Of a stretch of DNA of 64,000 nucleotides, positions 53,208 through 64,000 are shown one piece after another. The DNA comes from Mobula hypostoma (taxonomy: Eukaryota): positions 74,898,001-74,962,000 of the forward strand of contig NC_086108.1 of NCBI RefSeq assembly GCF_963921235.1. The letters are read 5' to 3'. The notes beneath the pieces were generated by a model that saw nothing but the letters and a program-made list of their open reading frames with translations, did no database searches and was not told the origin of the DNA. Numbering within the stretch: the stretch's first letter is position 1; the number at the start of each line of letters is the position of its first letter. A program made the translations under genes and the position numbers.

Positions 53208-53730
53208 TCATCTGACTTTACGAACCAAACAGACGTTATTGGGGGTGCATAAATTTGCAGCCAGGGTATCCAACATTTCCTCTTCACTCACGGCATGGAT
53301 TGAGTTCATGAACTTTAGCAGCTGGTAAGTCAAGTACACCCTCTCAACTTTCTCTACAGATCTATGGAAAACAGGTCGTGCAACAATACAGCGCTGGCTG
53401 GAACCAAACAGTGAAATAGAGGCAATCAGTGAGCCTGCCAACTCCAAGTATTCCTCTTGAGGTGTTCAAAGTGCGGTCAAGAACCATCTTTGGGGATTCT
53501 GAGACCTTATGTGATTGGTCAATCGCACTAACTGGAATAGTATAAAGGTAGCCTGTCGAACACCAACTCTGTCCCAACTAACATTCAGATTCCAATCTGA
53601 ATGTTCGTCAAAAATTTTTTCTCTTTTGTGATTGTCTTCATCTTTGCCTCGTTGTTCCTTTGTGCGCCGCTGCCATCGTTCCATCCATTGCAACTCGCTG
53701 CCATCATCAACATCTGATAGACATTCCCAG
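53208..53730 (-). pseudogene. Unidentified protein-like frame inside the hAT 5' region
   Basis: ORFs 53466-53693 and 53208-53447 are in the same frame, separated by a single TGA; about 174 codons; possible frameshifted continuation to about 53060. Confidence 0.5.
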
Positions 53731-53770
53731 TTTGTGTTAATTTTTAAATTTTAATTCAGCCTCATTAATG

Positions 53771-55083
53771 ATGGATAAATACGTACAGCACAATCTCTAT
53801 GAGTCTGAAAGTGGTGAAGCCTTGAATTCTAATTCTGCTAGGAAACAGAAACTACAGAAAGCACATGAATACAATGTTACATACCTAGAGTATGGTTTTA
53901 TTCTGTTCCTGTCAGCTCAGTGATGCCCCATGTGTCTAATTTGTAATATTGTACTGTCTAATGAGGCGATGAAACCATCAAGGTTGCAGGAACACTTCTG
54001 TAAAAGATGCCCTGAAAAGGCTGCATATGGTATTACTCAGTTCCAAAAGATGAAAGAAGCATTTGGAAAACGTTGCACACTCGAGTCATTTGCCAAGAAA
54101 GTTAAAAAATGACCTTCATAGTGGTCTCATTGCTTCTTGTAAAATTTCCAAAATGATAGCAAAGTGTGGAAAATCTCATACAATTAGTGAAAGATTAATC
54201 ATGTCTGCTGTTTCAGAAGTGCTCACCACTGTTCTCAAAATGGATACCAGTATTTATTTTAAAATTAATTCCTCTGTGTAATAACTTTGTAGCTCATTGT
54301 CTTGATGAAATGAGTGAAGACATTGAGTATCAGCTATATGCTGAGCTACAAAAAACAGAATCTGGGATACAACTGGATGAGTCAACTGTGTGAGACAATG
54401 AAGCATTGCTAATAGTGTATGTATAGTTTATCAAAAATGGAAAAGTTTATGAAGAGATTCTCTTTTGTAAAAAGTTAAAAACAAATATTAATGAAGAATC
54501 AATCTATGATGAGCTTAAAATGTATATTGAGGATAAAAGTATTCCAAATAGGAACATGATTTCTTGTGCAACAGATGCAGCAGCTCACCATGCTGGTTTA
54601 ATGGCATTAATGAAAAAAGAAATCCCAAGTCTGTTTGTAATCCATTGTGTAATTCATCAACATCTCACAGCTGAAAACCTCAGCCAGTGACTTTTTTCAA
54701 GCACAACTCTTGTAATATATGCTATCAACAAAATTAAAGCTCATCCATTGAATTGCAGAATATTTCACCAGTTATGCTAAGATAACAATGAAGAGTTTAA
54801 ATGCTTGCTTCTTCACACTAAAAATTGCATTGGCTGTCAAAAGGCTGCTGTTTAAACCATCTTTTTGATACTGTGGTTGAATTTTTGCTCAAAGTCAACA
54901 AGAGTTTAGGAAACAAGATTGAACTCCTACGCAGAGACATAGCATACCTAGCTGATCTATATGACAAAATGAACATTCAAAATATGAAACTGCAGGGTGA
55001 AAATTTCAATTTAATGCAGTCAAAAAGTGCAGTGCCCACTTTTATCAGAAAATTGGAAATATATAAGAAAAACATTGGCAAAC
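53771..55083 (+). pseudogene. hAT transposase pseudogene (ZBED5/FAM200/Buster-like)
   Basis: BED finger YLEYGF...CLICNIVLSNEAMKPSRLQEHF, IQLDEST, CATDA, IHCVIH, HWLSKG, IAYLADLYDKMN...LQG; multiple stops and frameshifts. Confidence 0.9.
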
Positions 55084-56022
55084 ATTTATTTATTTACTTA
55101 TTGAGGGACAATGTGGAATAGGCCCCTCTAGCCTCTGAGCCGCACCGCCCAGCAATCCCCGACTTACCCCTAGTCTAATCACAGAATAATTTACAATGAC
55201 CAATTAACCTATAATCAGTACTTCTTTAGACTGTGAGAGGAAACTGGAGCATCTGGAGGAAACCCGTGTGGTCATGACAAGCTCCTTATAGGCAGTGGCG
55301 GGAATTTAGATATAGATTATGAGAACACTCAGACCTCTTTTATGGTCATTTAGAAATGCATACATTAAGAAATGATACAATGTTTCTCCGGAGTGATATC
55401 ACAGAAAACAGAACAACCAAAGACCAACACTAACATAACCACATAATTATAACATATAGTTACAGCAGTGCAAGACAATACCATAATTTGATGAAGAACA
55501 AACCATGGGCACGGTAAAAAAAAGTCTCAAAGTCCCCGAGTCCCCGATAGCAGGCGGCAAAAGGGAGAAACTCGCTGCCATAAATCTCCAGGCACTGTCA
55601 ACTTGCAGATGCCTTGGAAACAGCCAACCACAGCTGACACTGAGTCCGTCCATCCGAAAACTTCGAGCCTCCGATACAGCCTCCTGAGCGCTATCCTCTG
55701 CTGGGCACCTTTGACCTAGCCCTGGCTGCTGAAACAAGCAAAGCGGAGGATTCCGGGGCCTTCTGCTGCAGAGAATCCGGTTACCACACAGTAGCAGCGG
55801 CAGCGAAGCGGGCATTTCAGAAGTTTTCCAGATGTTCCTCCATACTCTCACGTCCGTCTCCATCAAATCAGAATTGTGCACGGTCCCCTACTTGACAGAT
55901 TATAGATATCATTCACCGGAGAGGCCGCGTGTGCTGCTGTCGCGCCGCCATCTTCTCCTCCTACCTAAACCCATCGCTGGTACTGTAAAGCGTTGTGCTA
56001 GCCACTACGCTACTATGCCACC
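55084..56022 (-). mobile_element. V-SINE-like element in the hAT, split by a later insertion (pieces 55084-55306 and 55966-56022)
   Basis: (TAAA)n tail at 55084; reverse V-domain GAGGAAACTGGAGCATCTGGAGGAAACCC; A-box-like head near 56020. Confidence 0.75.
55307..55965 (-). mobile_element. Full-length non-autonomous retroelement (family of 6437-7068)
   Basis: Minus 5' end GAGGAGAAGATGGCGGCG; internal homology to 6437-7068 (GATTTGATGGAGAC.GACGTGAGAG); (TCTA)n-like tail. Confidence 0.8.
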
Positions 56023-56286
56023 TCATCAGTCAGGGCATCGAGTAAAAAAGTTTGTAAAGTTGTTACACATGTATCGCTTGTGTATCGTGTATCCTATTGA
56101 TTCAGTGATATTGGTGTATTGCAATGATTTTAATGTTCATACGGGGAAAATATGCGTTGTGTGTTTAATATTAAGTTCGTTAGATAAACCCTTTTAGAAA
56201 CAAAATTGAGTGTATTAGCCACGTATAAGTGACTTAGTTGACATATCACCTATATACCGGTTGTGATTAACCCCCCCACCCCCCCC

Positions 56287-56287
<1 letters not shown>

Positions 56288-56347
<60 letters not shown>

Positions 56348-56358
56348 ACACACACACA
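56288..56358. repeat. (CA)n microsatellite
   Basis: About 35 CA units with one TA interruption. Confidence 0.98.
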
Positions 56359-56429
56359 GTTGGCCGGTCCGCAAGAATATTGTCAATATTAGACCGGTCC
56401 TCGGTGAAAAAATGGTGGGGACCACTGCT

Positions 56430-58410
56430 ATATGGAATGAAATTGTAGCACAGTTACAGATTGGCATGTATGACATTGTGGGTATCACTGAATCATGGTT
56501 AAAAGAAGATTATAGCTGGGAGCTTAACATCCAAGGATACACATTGTATCGAAAGGATAGGTAGGTAGGCAGAGAGTGTGGTGTGGGTCTGTTGGTAAAA
56601 AATGAATCAGATCATTAGAAAGAGGTGTCTTAGGGTCAGAAGGTGTTGAATTGTTGTGGGTAGAGTTAAGGAACTGCAAGGGCAAAAAGTTGTATACAGA
56701 TCCCCAAGCAGTGGTAAGGATGTGGTCTACAAATTGCAGTGGAAGATAGAAAATGCATGCCAAAAGGGCAATGTTACAATAATCATGGTGGATTTCAAAA
56801 TGCAGGTAGATTGGGAAAATTCGGTTGGTGCTAGATCTCAAGAGATGAATTTCTAGAATGCCCAAGTGATGGCTTTTTAAAGCAGCTTGTGGCAATCCCA
56901 CAAGAGGACCAGCTATACTCTATAGGGTGTTGTGCAAGGAACTGGAATTGAGGAGAGAGCTTAAGGTAAAAGAACCCTTGGGTACTGAAGAGGTCGCTGA
57001 AGAGATTCTTGGAGCCATTAGTAATGACCTTTCAAGAATCACTAGATTCTGGAACGGTTCCAGAAGACTGGAAAATTGCAAATGTCGCTCCAGTCTTCAA
57101 GAAGAGAGAGAGGCAGAAGAAAGGAAATTATTGGCCAGTTAGCCTGACCTCAGTGACTGGGAAGATGTTGGAGTTGATTGTTAATGATGTGGCTTTGGGG
57201 TACTTGGAGGTTGTAGTCAAGCATGATGTCCTCAAGGGAAAAATCTTACCTGACAAATCTGTTGGAATTCTTTGAAGAAATAACAAGCAGGAAGGACAAA
57301 GGAGAATCAGCAGATGTTGTATACTTGGATTTTCAGAAGGCCTTTAACAAGATGCTATACATGAGGCTACTTAACAAGTTAAGAGCCTATGGTATTATAG
57401 GAAAAATACAAGCATTTTTCCACATAGTTCCACAGGGGTGTATATTGAGATTGCATCTTTTTACGTTATAGGTCAATGACTTAGATGATGGAATTGATGG
57501 CTTTGTTACAAAGTTTGCAGATAATACAAAGATAGATGGAGGGGCAGGTAATTTTGAGGGAATAGAGAGGCTACAGAAGGTCTTAGATTAGGAGAATGGG
57601 CAAAAGAAGTGTTAGATGGAATACAGTGTCAGGAGGTGTGTGATCATGCACTGTGATAGAAGAAATAAAAGGGTAGACTATTTTCTAAATAGAAAATTCA
57701 AAAATCTGAGGTTCAAGGGGATGGAAGTACATTAATTTGCAGGTTGAGTCTGTGACTAGTTGGGCAAATGCGATGTTATCATTCATTTCAAGAAGACTAG
57801 AATATAAATCAAGGATATAATGTTGAGGCTTTAAAAAGCACTGTTGAGGCCTCACTTGGAGTATTGTGAGCAGTTTTGGGCCCCTTATCTTAGAAATAAT
57901 GTGCTAACATTGGAGAGGGTTCAAAGGAGGTCCATGAAAATTATTCCAGAATTGAAGGGATTGTCACATGAAGAGAGTTTGATGACTCTGAGCCTGTATT
58001 CATTGGAATTCAGAAGAATGAGGAGTGACCTAATTGAAACCTATTGAATGTTGAAAGGCTTCAATAGAGTTGATGTGGAGAGGATATTTTCTATGGTGGA
58101 AGAGTCAAGGACCAGAGGGGACAGCTTCAGAATAGAGTGTCATCCTGTTACTACGGAGATGAGGAGGATTTTCTTTAGCCAGATAGCGGTTAATCTCTGG
58201 AATTCTTTGCTGCAGGCAGCTGTGGAGGCCAAGTCTTTACGTATATTTAAGGCAGAGGTTGATAGGTTTTTTATTGATCAGAGCATGAAGGGATACGGGG
58301 AAAAGGCAGGAGATTGGGGCTGAGAGGGAAAATGGATCAATCATGATTAAATGGCAGAGCAGACTTGCTGGGCCAAATGGCCTGACTCTGTTCCTATATC
58401 TTACGGTCTT
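56430..58410 (+). mobile_element. Degenerate CR1 LINE with internal deletion
   Basis: IVGITESW, VPEDWKIANVAPVFKK...PVSLTSV, YLDFQKAF, RPHLEYCEQFWAP; CR1 tail at about 58400. Confidence 0.88.
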
Positions 58411-58632
58411 ATGTATAAAGCTTTGGCTCTTCCAGATTTGGAGTATTGTGGCCAGTTCTGCTCATTGTGCTACAGTAAGGATGTGGAGTCTTTAGAAAAG
58501 GTCCAGAAATGGTTCACCAGGATATTTCCTGGATGAGGGAATATCTGCTGTAAGGAAAGATTGAGCAAACTTGGATTGTCTTTTCTGGAGTGTTGGAGCC
58601 TAAGGGGCAACCTGATAGAAGTAATTTAAATT

Positions 58633-60655
58633 AGAACATGGAACATAGAACATAGAATAGTACAGCACAGTACAGGCCCTTCGGCCCACAATGTTTTGCC
58701 GACCCTCAAACCCTGCCTCCCATATGAGCCCCCACCTTAAATTCCTCCATATACCTGTCTAGTAGTCTCTTAAACTTCACTAGTGTAACTGCCTCCACCA
58801 CTGACTCAGGCAGTGCATTCCACGCACCAACCACTCTCTGAGTAAAAAACCTCCCTCTAATAACTCCCTTGAACTTCCCACCCCTTACCTTAAAGCCATG
58901 TCCTCTTGTATTAAGCAGTGGTGCCCTGGGGAAGAGGCGCTGGCTATCCAATCTATCTATTCTTCTTATTATCTTGTACACCTCTATCATGTCTCCTCTC
59001 ATCCTCCTTCTCTCCAAAGAATAAAGCCCTATCTCCCTTAATCTCTGATCATAATGCATACTTTCTAAACCAGGCAGCATTCTGGTAAATCTCCTCTGTA
59101 CCCTTTCCAATGCTTCCACATCCTGCCTATAGTGAGGTGACCAGAACTGGACACAGTACTCCAAGTGTGGCCTAACCAGAGTTTTATAGAGCTGCATCAT
59201 TACATCGCGACTCTTAAACTCTATCCCTCAACTTATGAAAGCTAACATCCCATAAGCTTTCTTAACTACCCTATCTACCTGTGAGGCAACTTTCAGGGAT
59301 CTGTGGACATGTACCCCGAGATCCCTCTGCTGCTCCACACTACCAAGTATCCTGCCATTTACTTTGTACTCTGCCTTGGAGTTTGTCCTTCCAAAGTGTA
59401 CCACCTCACACTTCTCCGGGTTGAACTCCATCTGCCACTTCTCAGCCCACTTCTGCATCCTATCAATGTCTCTCTGCAATCTTTGACAATCCTCTACACT
59501 ATCTACAACACCCCCAACCTTTGTGTCGTCTGCAAACTTGCCAACCCACCCTTCTACCCCCACATCCAGGTCGTTAATAAAAATCACGAAAAGTAGAGGT
59601 CCCAGAACAGATCCTTGTGGGTCACCACTAGTCACAATCCTCCAGTCTGAATGTACTCCCTCCACCACCACCCTCTGCCTTCTGCAGGCAAGCCAATTCT
59701 GAATCCACCTGGCCAAACTTCCCTGGATCCCATGCCTTATAACTTTCTGAATAAGCCTACTGTGTGGAACCTTGTCAAATGCCTTACTAAAATCCATATA
59801 GATCACATCCACTGCACTACCCTCATCTATATACCTGGTCACCTCCTCAAAGAACTCTATCGGGCTTGTTAGACACAATCTGCCCTTCACAAAGCCATGC
59901 TGACTGTCCCTGATCAGACCATGATTCTCTAAATGCCTATAGATCCTATCTCTAAGAATATTTTCCAACAGCTTTCCCACCACAGACGTAAGGCTGACTG
60001 GTCTATAATTACCCGGACTATCCCTACTACCCTTTTTGAACAAGGGGACAACATTCGCCTCCCTCCAATCCTTCGGTATCATTCCCGTGGACAACAAGGA
60101 CATAAAGATCCTAGCCAGAGGCTCAGCAATCTCTTCTCTCACCTCGTGGAGCAGCCTGGGGAATATTCCGTCAGGCCCCGGGGACTTATCTGTCCTAATG
60201 TATTTTAACAACTCCAACACCTCCTCTCCCTTAATATCAGCATGCTCCAGAACATCAACCTCACTCATATTGTCCTCACCATCATCAAGTTCCCTCTCAT
60301 TGGTGAATACCCAAGGGAAGTATTCATTGAGGACCTTGCTCACTTCCACAGCCTCCAGGCACATCTTCCCACCTTTATCTCTAATCGGTCCTACCTTCAC
60401 TCCTGTCATCCTTTTTTTCTTCACATAATTGAAGAATGCCTTGGGGTTTTCCTTTACCCTACTCACCAAGGCCTTCTCATGCCCCCTTCTTGCTCTTCTC
60501 AGCCCCTTCTTAAGCTCCTTTCTTGTTTCCCTATATTCCTCAATAGACCCATCTGATTCTTGCTTCCTAAACCTCATGTATGCTGCCTTCTTCCACCTGA
60601 CTAGATTTTCCACCTCACTTGTCACCCATGGTTCCTTCACCCTGCAATTCTTTAT
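58633..60655 (-). mobile_element. Young CR1, 5'-truncated tandem copy B (RT)
   Basis: ORF 59228-60712 contains the RT core (PQGSVLGPLLF, KFADD), continued in frame by 58706-59200 after one TGA; (TTCTATG)n tail. Confidence 0.95.
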
Positions 60656-63600
60656 AGAACATAGAACATAGAACATAGAATAGTACAGCACAGTACAGAC
60701 CCTTTGGCCCACAATGTTGTGCCAACCCTCAAACCCTGCCTCCCATATAAGCCCCCACCTTAGATTCCTCCATATACCTGTCTAGTAGTCTCTTAAACTT
60801 CACTAGTGTATCTGCCTCCACCACTGACTCAGGCAGTGCATTCCACGCACCAACCACTCTCTGAGTAAAAAACCTTCCTCTAATATCCCCCTTGAACTTC
60901 CCACCCCTTACCTTAAAGCCATTTCCTCTTGTATTGAGCAGTGGTGCCTTGGGGAAGAGGCGCTGGCTATCCACTCTATCTATTCCACTTATTATCTTGT
61001 ACACCTCTATCATGTCTCCTCTCATCCTCCTTCTCTCCAAAGAGTAAAGCCCTAGCTCCCTTAATCTCTGATCATAATGCATACTTTCTAAACCAGTCAG
61101 CATCCTGGTAAATCTCCTCTGTACCCTTTCCAATGCTTCCACATCCTTGCTATAGTGAGGTGACCAGAAATGGACACAGTACTCCAAGTGTGGCCCAACC
61201 AGAGTTTTATAGAGCTGCATCATTACATCGCGACTCTTAAACTCTATCCCTCAACTTATGAAAGCTAACACCTTATAAGCTTTCTTAACTACCCTATCCA
61301 CCTGTGAGGCAACTTTCAGGGATCTGTAGACATGTACCCCGAGATCCCTCTGCTCCTCCACACTACCAAGTATCCTGCCATTTACTTTGTACTCTGCCTT
61401 GGAGTTTGTCCTTCCAAAATGTACCACCTCACACTTCTCTGGGTTGAACTTCATCTGCCGCTTCTCAGCCCACTTCTGCATCCTATCAATGTCTCTCTGC
61501 AATCTTTGACAATCCTCTACACTATCTACAACACCACCAACCTTTGTGTCGTCTGCAAACTTGCCAACCCACCAACCCACCCTTCTACCCTCACATCCAG
61601 GTCGTTAATAAAAATCACGAAAAGTAGAGGTCCCAGAACAGATCCTTGTGGGACACCACTAGTCACAATCCCCTAATCTGAATGTAGTCCCTCCACCACC
61701 ACCCTCTGCCTTCTGCAGGCAAGCCAATTCTGAATCCACCTGGCCAAACTTCCCTGGATCCCATGCCTTATAACTTTCTGAATAAGCCTACCGTGTGGAA
61801 CCTTGTCAAATGCCTTACTAAAATCCATATAGATCACATCCACTGCACTACCCTCATCTATATGCCTGGTCACCTCCTCAAAGAACTCTATCAGGCTTGT
61901 TAGACACGATCTGCCCTTCACAAAGCCATGCTGACTGTCCCTGATCAGACCATGATTCTCTAAATGCCTATAGATCCTATCTCTAAGAATCTTTTCCAAC
62001 AGCTTTCCCACCACAGACGTAAGGCTGACTGGTCTATAATTACCCGGACTATCCCTACTACCTTTTTTGAACAAGGGAACAACATTCGCCTCCCTCCAAT
62101 CCTCCGGTACCATTCCCGTGGACAACAAGGACATAAAGATCCTAGCCAGAGGCTCAGCAATCTCTTCTCTCGTCTTGTGGAGCAGCCTGGGGAATATTCC
62201 GTTAGGCCCCAGGGACTTATCTGTCCTAATGTATTTTAACAACTCCAACACCTCCTCTCCCTTAATATCAGCATGCTCCAGAACATCAATCTCACTCATA
62301 TTGTCCTCATCATCATCAAGTTCCCTCTCATTGGTGAGTACCGAAGAGAAGTATTCATTGAGGACCTCGCTCACTTCCACAGCCTCCAGGCACATCTTCC
62401 CACCTTTATCTCTAATCGGTCCTACCTTCACTCCTGTCATCCTTTTTTTCTTTCACATAATTGAAGAATGCCTTGGGGTTTTCCTTTACCCTACTTGCCA
62501 AGGCCTTCTCATGCCCTCTTCTTGCTCTTCTCAGCCCCTTCTTAAGCTCCTTTCTTGCTTCCCTATATTCCTCAATAGACCCATCTGATCCTTCTTCCTA
62601 AACCTCATGTATGCTGCCTTCTTCCTCCTAGATTTTCCACCTCACTTGTCACCCATGGTTCCTTCACCCTACCATTCTTTATCTTCCTCACCGGGACAAA
62701 TTTATCCCTTACATCCCGCAAGAGATCTCTAAACATCGACCACATGTCCATAGTACATTTCCCTGCAAAAACATCATCCCAATTCACACCCGCAAATTCT
62801 AGCCTTATAGCCTCATAATTTGCCTTTCCCCAATTAAAAATTTTCCTGTCCTCTTTGATTCTATCCTTTTCCATGATAATTATAAAGGCCAGGGAGCGGT
62901 GGTCACTGTCCCCCAGATGCTCACCCACTGAGAGATCTGTGACCTGACCCAGTTCATTACCTAGTACTCTATCTAGTATGGCATTCCCCCTAGTCGGCCT
63001 GTCCACATACTGTGACAGGAATCCATCCTGGACACACTTAACAAATTCTGCCCCATCTAAACCCTTGGAACTAATCAGGTGCCAATCAATATTAGGGAAG
63101 TTAAAGTCACCCATGATAACAACCCTGTTATTTTTGCACCTTTCCAAAATCTGCCTCCCAATCTGCTCCTCTGTATCTCTGCTGCTACCAGGGGGCCTAT
63201 AGAATACCCCCAGTAGAGTAACTGTTCCCTTCCTGTTCCTGACTTCCACCCATATTGACTCAAAAGAGGATCCTGCTACATTACCCACCCTTTCTGTAGC
63301 TGTATTAGTATCCCTGACCAGTAATGCCACCCCTCGTCCCCTTTTTCCGCCCTCTCTATCCCTTTTAAAGCACTGAAATCCAGGAATATTGAGAATCCAT
63401 TCCTGCCCTGGTGCCAGCCAAGTCTTTGTAATGGCCACTACATCATAATTCCATGTATGTATCCAAGTTCTCAGTTCATCACCTTTGTTCCTGATGCTTC
63501 TTGCACTGAGGTACACACATTTCAGCCCTTCTACCTTATTGTCTTTACACTGTTTATTCTGCTTCTCTTTCCTCAAAGCCTCTCTGTATGTTAGATCTGG

Positions 63601-64000
63601 CTTTACTCCATGCGCTTCTTTCACTGCTCTATCGCTCTGGGTCCCATCCCCCTCGCAAATTAGTTTAAACCGTCCCGAACCATGCTAGCAAACCTACCTG
63701 CAACAATATTGCTCCCCCTTGAGTTCAGGTGCAACCCATCCAATCTGTACAGGTCCCACCTTCCCCAGAAGAGATCCCAATAATCTAAAAATCGAAAACC
63801 CTGCTCCCTGCACCAACTCCTCAGCCACGCATTCAACTGCCATCTCCTCCAATTCTTACAATCACTGTCACATAGCACTGGCAGCAATCCTGAGAACATC
63901 ACCCTTGAGGTCCTGTTCTTCAGCCTTCTGCCTAATTCCCGAAACTCACGCTTCAGGACCTCATCCCTCTTCCTGCCTATGTCGTTGGTCCCAACATGTA
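60656..64000 (-). mobile_element. Young CR1 copy A: esterase (SGNH-like) end, APE endonuclease, RT, tail; runs off the window
   Basis: HVGTND and LNAWLRSWC...DGLHLN (63660-64000); 62605-63624 YLSARS, YRPP, MGDFN, SDH; RT fragments 61673-62440, 61251-61580, 60729-61223; a few stops and frameshifts. Confidence 0.95.

Larger units (their letters stand above)
52943..56427 (+). mobile_element. hAT (Buster/Charlie-type) DNA transposon, degenerate, with nested insertions
   Basis: Imperfect termini CAGTGATTTCCAAC and GGTGGGGACCACTG; internal transposase remnant; the 8-bp flanks do not match. Confidence 0.65.

Noticed and set aside
56263..56488. TH/VC-repeat ORFs
   Set aside because: Translation of the (CA)n microsatellite.
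59228..60712. 494-aa ORF as a functional gene
   Set aside because: It is CR1 RT read through from the tail of the adjacent copy, lacks the endonuclease and ends at a premature TGA.

Overview
Repeat-dense vertebrate genomic DNA. The repeat repertoire (CR1 and Rex1/Babar LINEs, V-SINEs, Penelope-like remnants) suggests a cartilaginous fish such as a ray or skate; this is an inference. Most of the window is nested, decayed transposable elements: several CR1 LINEs (the youngest is a head-to-tail pair at 58.6-64 kb), many Rex1/Babar fragments, Penelope-like remnants with degenerate hammerhead-ribozyme motifs, two independent solo LTRs with 4-bp TSDs, a Harbinger-type non-autonomous element, a probable fossil Harbinger (Myb-like plus nuclease), and a hAT/Buster-type transposon. 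The hAT carries an unexplained antisense protein-like frame upstream of its transposase. No complete host gene is visible, but two plus-strand candidate exons at 45.6 and 46.3-46.5 kb look like the 5' start of a gene for a secreted or membrane protein. Coordinates of old, degenerate elements are approximate. No database searches were run.
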